Origin: Zygnema circumcarinatum SAG 698-1b
Lineage: Eukaryota; Plantae; Zygnematophyceae
DNA: 64,000 nt
Assembly: GCA_037447605.1 (NCBI GenBank)
Contig: CM074821.1
Span: 1,550,001 to 1,614,000 of the forward strand
Reading direction: 5' to 3'
Program-made: the position numbers and the translations under genes
Notes under the pieces: model-generated
What the model saw: the letters and a program-made list of their open reading frames with translations, nothing else
What the model was told of the DNA's origin: nothing
The model's database searches: none
Shown here: one piece after another, positions 48,475 to 63,085 of the stretch
Numbering within the stretch: the stretch's first letter is position 1
How the letters are laid out: every line of letters begins with the position of its first letter

Positions 48475-48967
48475 TGTAGTGTTTATTCATTCTTCTATTT
48501 TTATTTATTTAAAGTTTTTGTCTTTTTGCTTCATATACCAAACATATGTTGTTATTTTTTCTAGTTGTTTTTATTCTATCTATCCATTCATTATTCTATA
48601 TATTATTCTATCTGCTTCTGCTGCTGCTATTGCTGTCGCAGCATGCTTTTTTTTTGCTGTTACATTCTGCATTCCGCATTCCCTATTCGGCATTCCGCAT
48701 TCCGCATTCTGCATTCTGCCTCCCTCGCCTCAGTCTACCGCCTCCAGTTCCTTTGCCTATGCTTGTGTTGTNNNNNNNNNNAAAAAAAAATGAATGCTGC
48801 AACAGCAGCAAGAGCAACAGCCGCAGCAGATAGGATAAAATATAGAATAAAGAATAGATAGATAGAATAAAAACAACTAAAAAAAAATAACAACAAATAT
48901 TTGGCATATGAAGCAAAAACACAAAAAGTTTAAATAAATAAAAATAGAAAAGTGAATAAACACTACA

Positions 48968-49038
48968 AGTTGAAGAGGGGATTTGAACCCCTTTATTACT
49001 GTTTTGCAACAGTTGCGTAACCAATTCGCCACTTCAAC
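48968..49038 (-). ncRNA. Second tRNA-like unit in the opposite foldback arm
   Basis: GTTGAAG-TG-GCG-AATTGGTTA-CGC-A-ACTGT-TGCAAA-ACAGT-AATAA-AGGGG-TTCAAAT-CCCCT-CTTCAAC-T. Stems are preserved despite substitutions. Confidence 0.7.
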
Positions 49039-52000
49039 TTAATAGGGAGAGGGAGGAATGACATACAATCATACACACAACAGAAGCATAAGCAAAGGAA
49101 CGAGAGGCACAAGGCAAGGAAGACAGAGGCAAGGGCAACACAACAAGGGGCAAAGGCAAGGGAGGCTGGAGCAGGTGCAAGGGAGGCAGAATGCGGAATG
49201 CGGAATGGGGAATGCGGAATGCAGAATGCGAAATGCAGCAGCCAAAAAAAAAAATGAATGCTGCTGTGCAGCAAAAAAAAATAATGAATGCTGTAGCAGC
49301 AGCAGCAAGAGCAGCAACCGCAACAGCANNNNNNNNNNAGGAGGAGCAGGAGTAGGAGTAGGAGCAGCAGCACAGCAACAGCAGCAGCAAAAAAAGAAGC
49401 AGAAGCAATAGAAGCAGAAGCAGTAGAAAAAGCAGCAGCAAAAAAAACAGAAGCAATAAGAGCAACAGCAGAAGCAGAAGCAGCAGCAGCAGCACCAACA
49501 GCAACAACAACAGCAGTAGTAGCAGCAGCACCACCACCAACAGCAACAACAACAGCAGTAGTAGCAGCAGCAGCAGAAAAAAAGCAGCAGCAGTAGCAAC
49601 AGCAGAAGCAGCAGCAGTAACAACAGCAGAAGCAGAAGCAGCAGCCAGCACCAGCAGCAAGAGCAGCAGCAGCAATAGCAGCAGCAGTAGCAGCAGCAGC
49701 AGCAGGAGGAACAACGGCAGCACGAGCAACAGCAGCACAGCAATAGCAACAGCAGCAGAAAAAGAAGCAGCAAAAAAAAAACCAGCAGCAGCAGCAGCAG
49801 TAAGAGCAGCAAGGGAGACAAGGGAGGCATGGGCCAGGGCGAGGGAGGCAGGGGCAGGTGCAAGGGCAAGGACTCACCGCTGCTCAACTCCGCCGTCGTC
49901 ACTTCGCGTCCTCGCTGACCACTCTCCCGTGGTGCTCCCGCGGGCGATGGTCAAGGTCTGACTCCCCCTATTGTATTTGGCAAATATAAGGTCCGTGTTA
50001 CCAATAGGCGAGCGGAATTCTGTTAGAGTTCATGTAAGTCCGTACGTATCGTATCGCATCATATCGTACCGTATCGTATCGTGACTAACCGCATACAGTA
50101 CATGAAGCACGCCTTAGCGTTTACTGAGGTAGCAAACCAAAAAGTTTCGAGCCCGTAACGGCTACTACAGCTCGTACGGCTAGTACGGATAGTACCGTAT
50201 CGGGGCGTATCGTATCGTATCGAAGCCAAGAAGAAGTGGAGAAGAGCGAGAGCCTCTTACGGCGGCTCGTGCGGGGAGAATAGGTGAGTTTTGCGTAAGC
50301 CCGTGACGTCTAGTACAGCTAGTACGGGAAGTACGGTTAGTACGGTTAGTACGAATAGTACGGCTAACACAAGTTACCGTACAAAAAGGTGGTTTCGGCA
50401 AAATCGGGGCGAATTTCTTGGGGACGCACTTTTGATGGTGGAAAATATGACGGGGTCCTACTGTACAGTACAGTACTGTATACGAAATTCTGGAATTTAG
50501 TACGGCCATGGTCAATGTCTGACTCCCCCTAATGTGTGCGTTTCATGAAAATGTGTGTACAAACTTGGGATTTGTTTTTGAGCCTGTAGAAGGCCTGCGA
50601 TTGGCAGAGCTTTGCGATGACGCCATGTGGCGTGTGGACCCCCCCCGGATAGTGCTTGGGGGCTTTGTGAACGATCGGCTCCTCGTGGTTCCCCAGATTG
50701 TTTTATGTCCATACACTTGACGGGTCGCCATGGTGAGTTCAATGCCAACTTCCAAACACAGCCCAATGTTGTTGTTGTTCATGAGACACCATGTTCTTGC
50801 AACCGCGCGATCAACAAAAAATAATCCCTGTTTTTTTTTTAAAGCAAGAAAGAAAAGACCACATGTAATATCCTGTTCAATATGCTTTTGTCTCCTATTT
50901 GGAGACGGCACTGCCTTCCTACTTCTAAGGGGGCACTAATACCCAAACCCTAAATGTTCTTGAACATATGTACAAATGATTTTTCACTGTAAGAAAACTA
51001 CAAATCTGCCCCTGCCCCCACAAACTTTACCCCTATAACTCGACACATGGTAAGAGCACACACCAAACGTGGAAATAAGAACATGCAAACGACCCAACAA
51101 CAAATCCCATGAATCCCGCCATTCCTCCCAACCTAAACCCTAAACTTTAAAGGCCCTAACCCTAAAATTGAATTCCTTCCTCTCTAATTTGAGTGACGCC
51201 GCAGTTCCGTTCTCCGTTCCTGCGGCTGCCACGACCTAAAAACACAGAAATGGAAAACACTCGAATGCAAACACGCGAAAGGAGATGGATGCGATTGATC
51301 ATCCACCCTGCACTCTATGCTACCTCCTCCCTCCTCCCCTCCCCCTTCCCTCCCTCCCTCCCTCCCTCCTCCCCTCCCCTCTCCTCCCTCTCCTCCCTCC
51401 TCCCTCTCCTCCCTCCTCCCTCTCCTCCTCCCCCTCCCCACCTCCCTCCCTCCCCCTCTCCCTCCCTCCCCCTCTCCCTCCCTCTATCTCTCCCTCCCTC
51501 TATCTCTCCCTCCTCTCCCTCCCACTATCTCTCCCTCCTCTCCCTCCCTCTCCCTCTTTCCTCTCCCTCCCTCTCCCTCACTCTCCCTCTCCCTCTCTCT
51601 CTCCCTCTCCCTCCCCCCTCTGTACACGCCCTCCCTCCCTCCCTCCCCCCCTGTACGGCTATGGCTGCTGCAGCAGCGCGGCAAAGCGTCTGCGCGCGTC
51701 CTCTATGGCCTCTTCCTTTCCCGCGTTTTTGAGGGCCTCCGCGCACCTCTTCAGGGCCTCAGAGCACCTCTCAACCCACTCCAAAACCTCCGGAAAAGCG
51801 ACGAAAAATTCCGCCGAAATATTTGTTGTTACCTGTTCTCCAACGACCAGCGAAGAAGAGTTAACTCCATTTCCTTTTCGAGCTGTGCCTATGGTGGGAA
51901 CTCTCTTTTTTTTTTTTTTTTTTTTGTATCCCCTATAGAAAAAAAAATGATAGAATTGGTGCGGTGGATTTGGCGGCTCAGGGAGAGGCTCTACAGCTGC

Positions 52001-52244
52001 AGACAGAGCGATGTGACGAGAGCGTATCAGAGCCTGCCACCTGTCCCTCTACTTTTAATTTTCAAAGAAACCCTCCTCACTATGTAATTCATCTTCATCG
52101 ATGTATAGACCACTCAACATCTCGAATTCTAAGAGCAGGGCAAAAGGGTCGGAACTATTTCAATTGAGCAGAGAGACAGGGACGTCTACTACAACTACTG
52201 CTTCATATATTCCATTACCCTTTGTAAAGTTGTTAACCTTTTAC

Positions 52245-56205
<3,961 letters not shown>

Positions 56206-59076
56206 GGCTGAAATTTATCCGCAAATTTTAAAATTTTAATCGAAGTAAATAATTGCTATCCTACGCCGCTTAGAAGAAATTGCAAACCTGCAGAAGAAAT
56301 TGAAAAGGGCAAAACTGAGCGTCAGTTTTAAGCGCCATTTGTCCAAGCGATTTTCCGAATCAAAGATCAGTACCCCGTCTCAGGATATATATTGAATACA
56401 TAATTCAAGTCCACAAAAAGAAAATCAATGAATTTAAAAAAATACAAATCCCCAAAAGGGCCCGAATTGAAAAAAAAACTGCAACGGTGTAAAGACGCTC
56501 GTATAATTTTCGACTGCTCTATTGACTCAGTTAGGCACGCAGTTAAACTGAATGTGGAAGGAGAACATGGAACGCTGCAGCATGTACATGAGCATTCACA
56601 TTCAAGGACGCGAGGGAAGTGGGAGGACTGGGGATGGGGAGAGAGCGAGAGAGAGAGGGGCGGGAGAGGCAGGGATAAGGAGAAAGGTGAGGGAGGAGAG
56701 AGGTAAGTGACGGAGAAGGAGAGACAGGGGGGGGAGAGAGAGAGGGGAGAAAAAAAGGAAGGAGAGGGACGGGGAGAGAAAGGGAGGGAGAACGAGAGGA
56801 GGGAGAGAGGGGGGGAAAAGTGAGGAGGGAAAGAGAGAGAGTGAACTGAAAGTGGGGTGAGGGGAAGGGAATGGGGCGGAGAGCGGAAGGGGAGAGAATG
56901 TGAGACTGAAAGGGAAGAGAAGGGGGAGGCGAAGGGGACAGTAGAGTGAGAATGTAAATAAGAGAGAAGACTGGAAGAGAGAGAGATAAGGGAGTGAGAT
57001 GGAAAGAGAAGGGAGAGATTGGGGAAAGAGTGAAAGTTGACAAGGGGGGAAACGGATGCGAGAGAGAGGGATGGAGGGAGGCAAGACAGAGGAAGAAAGA
57101 CAAGGGGAATGGGGAAGTAGAAGGGAGGGGAAATGCGGGGGAGAGAGAGGGAGAGCCACAGAGTGTTTACAAGCTAACAGCCAATCCAGCATTCAGCCAA
57201 GAAATATTTAAAGCCAGCAAAAAAAAACCCGTCCGTACCTCTTGTAAGATGTCAAATTGTGCAAATAATTTTAGATACTGCAATGAAGGGCCTCCAGGAG
57301 GCAATGTAGCTACAATTGGGGGGTAATTCGATGCTAAGGAGGGGAATTAGGGCAGAGTGGGAGAGGCAGCGCGAGAGATAGGGGAGAGAGAGAGAGAGGG
57401 AAAAAAACGGGAGAGGGCGAGTGATAAGGACACGGATCAACGTGAGGGAGAGGACAGAGAGAGAGTGAGAGGGAGAGGGAGCGAGAAATATAGTGATGGA
57501 GAGGGAGAGGTAGAGGGAGAGAGCGAGAGAGCGGTGAGCCGGTGGCGGTGGTCTCACCGTCGCCTGTTTGTGTACGCGGGTACGAGACCAATGTGAATAC
57601 GGACAAGCTCACAACAACAGTTTGTCTCCAAGCTCTTGTTGCGCTTTTCTCATGTGAATGGCTGGAAAAAATGTGGAACGACTGTGTGAACGCGAAGACC
57701 ATCATTGTCGTTGTTGTGAAAAGTCGGTTGATTCGATATCCAACGGTGGACGGCTCAGAAATCGAACGCCAGAAAATTGGAACGGAGGGCACCCACCGAC
57801 ACGGTGGAGCAATCGGGTCGTGACACGTGGTAAGGATTTGCCCACGTGATTTGAGGACCAATGGGGGCCGCGCACTGACGGAGGTAATGGCGGTGGTCAG
57901 AAAGCAAGGAAGAAAAATTTTCAAATTTTTTGGTCCCTACCCAGAAAGTATGGTGGACACTGATTGGTTGCCTTCAAGGAAAAATGTTATATTTGGGTAG
58001 AAAATCCGATTTTGGCGATTCTGATTGGATGTGAAAAAGTGAAAGAAATCTGGTCGGTCAGAATTATCGATAAAGCAAAATACCTCAAAATTCTGATTCT
58101 CCGCAACTTCCGCCATAGTCAGATTTGGGCATACGTGGCAGCCTCTGATTGTTGAAAACTCTGCCAGCCAACATATCCGACAAAAATACAAATTACCGAC
58201 ATGACAAAAGGAATTTAAAGATAAAATTGAATGCCGACGTGGATAGCCTTTCAGCCAGTCAGAGCAGAATTTCGTGCGTGCCAGAGCTCCAGATGCCCTG
58301 CTGGCGTGTCAGGGCCACGTCAGCTGAGGGCAATCTGTCCCGGACCACGAGTTTGGTGAGTAGACGCCACGTCACTACACGTGTGTTGCTTACATGTTTC
58401 TCTGAATCCGTACTTTCGATAACCTGTACTAGTTCTGATCTAAAGCCGGTAGGTGAAATCCCGAGGTGCAGGGAATCAACCGCCTCCACCGACTAGGGTT
58501 CGTACAGTGCCATGGTTCCGTACACTGCCATGGTTTCGTACAGTGACGTCATAAAACTAAACGACATCTCATATCTTACGTCAAGTAATATGTTACAACC
58601 AATCAGGAGGCACCAGCCCGGGAGTGGCCGTAACTGCTGGCGATTGGGCGGCCAGTTGTGTCGTTTAGTACATACAACTCGATGTCACCGACGGTAGTCA
58701 TAGACGTATCGACACTAACGGACAGAAATTTCGCCGACCGGCCACCGGCCACCGGCAGACGGCAGCCGGCAGGCCGTTATACGGCACTAGGTTTCAGGTG
58801 ACAACCATTGGTTCACCCATTGGTTCATAAACATCACTTGATGGCAAGATCAATGCCACATATTTTCGCTCAAACAATGTCAGTGTTCCGTTCATAGCCT
58901 TTCTCCGTTCATAGGTCATTTTTGACCCGTGCTACATCTTGCCTTTGTCTATGAACATTTGATAACGGCGCCATTGTGAGAACATTGCCAATTCACTTCT
59001 CTAACAAGGGTATGCTTGCCATGGAATGGCCATGTCAATGGTTGGCAACATTGCTTAGCGAGCTATGCAAGCCATT

Positions 59077-59320
59077 AGGGGGTCTCAGACTTGTTGTTCG
59101 TAAGTTTGAGACCAGAACGAGTACTCCGGTGACATCTGTTAGTGAAGAGTTGTTAGGAACTTGGGTGCGCGAAGCGTCGAAAGAAGTCGACTGCGAATCA
59201 GGCGGCGCCACGTGGACCACTTTGTACAGTAACCACCCCCTAATATTTTCGCCATGGTTTCGGCCGAGATTGGACGAAAATCTTGGAATTGGAAAGTAGT
59301 AGACCGTGTTACCATGGCGC
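59077..59320. mobile_element. Partial AGGGGG-family left end followed by the left end of a CAGT-family element (~59227)
   Basis: ATT|AGGGGGTCTCAGACTT at 59077. TA|CAGTAACCACCCCCTAATATTTTCGCCATGGTTTCGGC at ~59225 matches the start of 45598. No right TIRs found. Confidence 0.6.
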
Positions 59321-59561
59321 TCGTGGTTTCTAGAGACCGGCCTGCGGCCGTACTGAGTGCCTCTGAGTGTGTACAGTACTGAGTGCGGAGAGTGACGAAG
59401 AGGATGACAGAGAAGAGAGTGGAGAAAAGCGAGTGTAAGGAGAGAGGAGAGCGGGAGACAGGAAAGGAGAGGACAGGGAGAAGCAAGAGGAGAGGTTTTG
59501 TTTCGCTTACATTAATAATGTGTTCGTGTGTAACTTTTGCTTTTCTTGATCCTTTTCTCAG

Positions 59562-59731
59562 CAAATTCAAAGGCCATATCAGGCAATTCCATTTTCATCC
59601 TCGCTCAGGATGCTAGCGAACCAAATTTTCGACAATTTGACTTACCCTTTTGTCGCCGTTCACGTCAGACGAGGGGATAAAGTAAATCCAAAAAGATGGC
59701 CCCACCTCGACAATGATACTCGCCCCCCCCA
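59562..59731 (+). pseudogene. Isolated exon of a SUB1-like (O-fucosyltransferase-related) plant glycosyltransferase
   Basis: AG/GT-bounded exon encoding QIQRPYQAIPFSSSLRMLANQIFDNLTYPFVAVHVRRGDKVNPKRWPHLDNDTRP. From memory this resembles the LIQRPW...AVHIERGEK...WPNL..DTSP block of the plant SUB1 family. No flanking exons found. Confidence 0.55.
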
Positions 59732-60150
59732 GTGAGCCTCTCCACTCTCTATGTGGTGCTCGTACCCTCCTTACAGTCTGCTTCTCTACGCTTGTCAAGG
59801 TCTCTCGGTCCCTTTTCTTCCTTAAGAGCAAGGCTCTCTCCACTCCCTTTCTCCCTCCGATCTCCCCTCTCCCTTCCTCTCGTCCCCTCCCGCCATCTCC
59901 CTCCTCCCTTCCCTCTACACGCTTTCCGATTTTCCGGTCTTCCCCTGCTCGTCACCTCCCTTTCCTCTCGCTTCCTCCGTTCCTCCTCCCTTCTCCCTCT
60001 CCCCACTCCCTCCCCCCCTCCTCCCTTCCCCTCTCTCTCTTCTTAATTCTCCCCTCCTTTTCCTCCCACTCCACCCCCACTCCTTTCCTTTTCGATAGTG
60101 TAATGAAATTGGTGAGAGGGAGAGAGTGAAAAAGTGAGAGCGAGAGAGTA

Positions 60151-60305
60151 ATCCGAATTCTCGATTCGTAAATGGTATATTTCACCTTCCCGTTTGATGT
60201 TCTAATACTTACATGGACTATAGTTCTGTCTCCTTTGATTTGACGACTTTTACTCGTCATTTCACGGAGCTGTACGGCTGCTGAATACATGTGCGGCAAC
60301 TTGAA
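60151..60305. repeat. Dispersed ~155-bp repeat, paralogous to 46278-46439
   Basis: atc(c/t)gaattc(t/a)cgatt(c/t)gtaaatggtatatttcacctt...acatggactatagtt...gaatacatgtgc is shared. Confidence 0.8.
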
Positions 60306-60630
60306 ACGGATTCCACTCGACGTAATTATTTCGATCAAACATGGAGATTGAGTTGAAACTCAGTCTTTCATTCACATTCAGCATCAAGCGTTCTATGGGA
60401 TATTTTTCTTTTTAAGACCGCACGATTCTTCTTAGATTACAGCATTTTCCTCTACTGCTGTGTATCCTTTTGCGGAAAAGAAGCATGAAATTTACAATAC
60501 TGTCACAGTTATGGTTGGTGCTAAACTTAAAAAAAAAACACAAAAAACTGCCTTTTTCAGATTCTACGTGCAACAACACAGAACATCGATCTATGTACTT
60601 GTTTATCTATTTACAAAGTTGAGCCCCATG

Positions 60631-62195
60631 TCAACGCGAGGAGAAGGATCCTCCCTGAACTGAGCCCATTCCGCTCGGCGGCTCGGAGCCCTCTCGCCCT
60701 TCACGGTATGCATCCTCCACCGCGATGACGCCCTGAGGAGACCATGCATCGACAACAGCAGAGGAAGGGAGAGGGAGTGAGGGAGGGAGAGGGACGGGAN
60801 NNNNNNNNNGGAGAGGGAAGGGGCAGGGAGGGAGGCCAAGAGCAGGGGGAAAGAAGGGGGAGACGGAGAGAGGGTAGAGGGGGAGCAGAGGGGAGGGGGG
60901 AGGGGGAGAGGGAGGGAGTGGGAGAGAGGGGAGTGGGGAGAGAAATGAGCCCTTGGAGGAGTCAATCGATGGGGGAAGGGGGAGAATGGGATGTGCTTTA
61001 GTGAGCGAAGGAAGGAAGATAGGAAGGAAAGAGGGAGAGGGAGGGAGAGTAGAAGGGAAGGGAAGATAGGAAGGAAATTGAGTACTGCCGATGAGGAAGT
61101 AGAGTGTGGTTTGACTCCTCGTAATGTTTCTGACAGCGTGAGAGGGAAGCGGTAGAGTGGAGGAAAGGAGGGAGAGGTAAAGAGTTAAGAGAAGAGACTA
61201 TAGACTGTATTGAGCAAAAAGTTTAGAAATTCTTTACTCGTTTCTCAAAATGAATCGTAATCACAAATGTAAGGTTTTTTTTTTTGTGAAACTGGTTTTG
61301 AAAAACGTTTTTTTGAGAAGCCAAGATCTTTAATTTCATTTTTTCTCAACCTGTTCAGTTTTACAGTATGTAACATTTGCAGACATTCATAGAAAAAATA
61401 AAAACTAAATTCAAGGTAACTCTACAACGATTGGAAGATGCAATTCAGATGTCGCATTTAGACCTCATGTAACGCTATTTATTTAGTTATTCGTTCATTC
61501 TTGAGCTGGAATGATGCCGTTTCATGTGATGAAATCTAGGATGTGAAAAACATGGCCGCTGTGTCCGGAAGTTGTCAAAATTCGGAGCATGTAAGGAGGG
61601 AAGGAGGGCTTCTTTCTCTACCTCAGTGATGTGACAAGACCGCCGCTGGGACAGCTGGCAGCTGCTGATAGGGTAATACAATCAGCACCGCCCGGAAGTG
61701 AGGCCTATGACATCATTCATGGAGGTATGTGACTGTGGGAGCCTCCCGGTCTGACTTCCCCTCCCCTCTCTCTCTTTCTCTCTCCATCTCTTTGATTCTA
61801 CTCCCCACATTCCTTTCGCTCGTCTCCCTCTTGTCCCCTTATCTCTGACCTCCTCCATACACTTTGGTCCCTCTTTTCGCTTCGCCTCTTTCTGCCCCCA
61901 CTCTCTCTCCACCCATTCTCTCCCTCTCGACTCCCTTCTCTCCCCATCTCTTACTTTCTCTCTACGTCCCCGTCTCCTCCGCCTCCCTCCTTTCTAGGGC
62001 CCTCCCTTGTTCACTCTCTGGCCCGTCCTCTCTCTCCCCGGCTCTCTCTTGCACGCTGTCACTCGCTTCCAAACTTTTTCTTCACCCATCTCTCTCTCTC
62101 TCACACTCACTCCCTCCCTCCCCCTCCCGCTCCCACTCCCTCCTCGGAGAAGGAGCTGCAGGCAGAGAGAGGCACGTAACGGGGGCGGCCGCCAT
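60631..62195 (-). CDS. Possible small 3-exon gene (67 aa, unknown product)
   Basis: Exons 62195-62137, 61664-61622 and 60732-60631 have GT-AG ends and join in frame: MAAAPVTCLSLPAAPSPRRDSCQLSQRRSCHITEGVIAVEDAYREGREGSEPPSGMGSVQGGSFSSR. No homology recognised. Confidence 0.3.
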
Positions 62196-62553
62196 GGCCG
62201 GGACATGGACGCGTCGTAGATTACATGGAGTCGTGTAGAGCCGCATTTCCATAATATGGAGTTCTGCCGCTGATAATTCCCCTGTCTTCGCTTTCCCCTT
62301 ACTATCTTTTTCTCTATTCAGCCCCCGAACTCAAACTTTCTCCTTGTTGTAAAAAAATAAAAAATACTTCGGAAAAAAAACGGAAAAAAATCTTGAACTT
62401 TGACAACCCAGTGGCGGCCTCTCGTGACCTTAAATCTCCGTATCCAAAACCAGTGGTGGTTTCACCCCAAACCTTTGTAAATTCAAGGCAAATGAATGGA
62501 CCGACTCACCGAGGGATGCCTTGCAAGTCCATGCAAGTCCATGCAATGGCCGC

Positions 62554-63048
62554 CTAAGCGAGAAGGTAATGCTCGAGTGCGCGCACCACGGCCTCCCCCA
62601 CATCGCCGTGCATTGCCCGAAAGTGCGAGTGCGGGCAGGAGAAGTGGGCGTCCTTTTTCCATACCCCGTCGTCGTCCTCAGTCTCACACGTGTCTAAATA
62701 TCTCGCAGCTTCAATAGGCCAAAAGTCCATGTATTTAACGTCGCCTCGCTTTTCCAGCAATCGCCTGCACACAAATCGGAGTGAATCCACGTCAAAGCTG
62801 TGCAAAGAAACGGGCAAAAGAAGGCGTTTCGCATTGAGGCTCGGACAGAAATGCAGAGAGCAGGCCTCCAACATCCTCCTCTCCCATCAGTCGCGGATCC
62901 AAAATTGTGCTGAGGCGGGGGGGGGGGGAAGTCCCCCTTCAGCATAACATGCATACGTCTCCCCCTCTCCCCCTCTCCCCCTCTCCTCCTCTCCTCCTCT
63001 CCCCCTGCTCCCCCTGCTCCCCCTCCTGCTCCCNNNNNNNNNNCTCCC

Positions 63049-63085
<37 letters not shown>

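Larger units (their letters stand above)
47231..49900. repeat. Foldback: long diverged inverted arms made of CTG/GCA triplet tracts and internally repeated units, centred near the gap at 48772-48781
   Basis: gacgacggcggacttgagcagcggtgagtccttgccc (47231) matches the reverse complement of ~49864-49900. 48280-48620 pairs with ~48790-49160 with substitutions. Confidence 0.85.
46761..49969. mobile_element. Innermost AGGGGG-TIR element (3.2 kb), ATT target duplication, with an extra internal right TIR at ~46918-46937
   Basis: ATT|AGGGGGAGTCAGACTTAGACCAGCGCC ... GGCGATGGTCAAGGTCTGACTCCCCCT|ATT. Removing it restores gggcgaaaatATTg...aaatataagg..tccgtgtt, collinear with the uninterrupted paralogue at ~45642-45685. 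Confidence 0.85.
46704..50463. mobile_element. CAGT-TIR (pogo/Tigger-like) element nested in shell 2, perfect 27-bp TIR, TA duplication
   Basis: TA|CAGTAGGACCCCGTCATATTTTCCACC ... GGTGGAAAATATGACGGGGTCCTACTG|TA. The internal sequence is homologous to 45598-46093. Confidence 0.88.
46443..50530. mobile_element. AGGGGG-TIR element, shell copy 2, 27-bp TIR, AAT target duplication
   Basis: AAT|AGGGGGAGTCAAACATTGACCATCGCC ... GGCCATGGTCAATGTCTGACTCCCCCT|AAT, two mismatches. Confidence 0.88.

Noticed and set aside
47190-49902. Poly-Leu/Cys/Ala ORFs
   Set aside because: Products of CTG/GCA triplet tracts in the foldback arms; open in several frames with no domain signature.
51285-52167. Small plus-strand gene downstream of telo-box motifs
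   Set aside because: The model from ATG 51705 with the 45-nt intron hits a stop after three codons. The long open frame has no ATG and starts in a CT tract.
56530-57924. Possible minus-strand exons upstream of BBD
   Set aside because: Splice-like sites exist, but no consistent start-to-stop model or recognisable homology was found.
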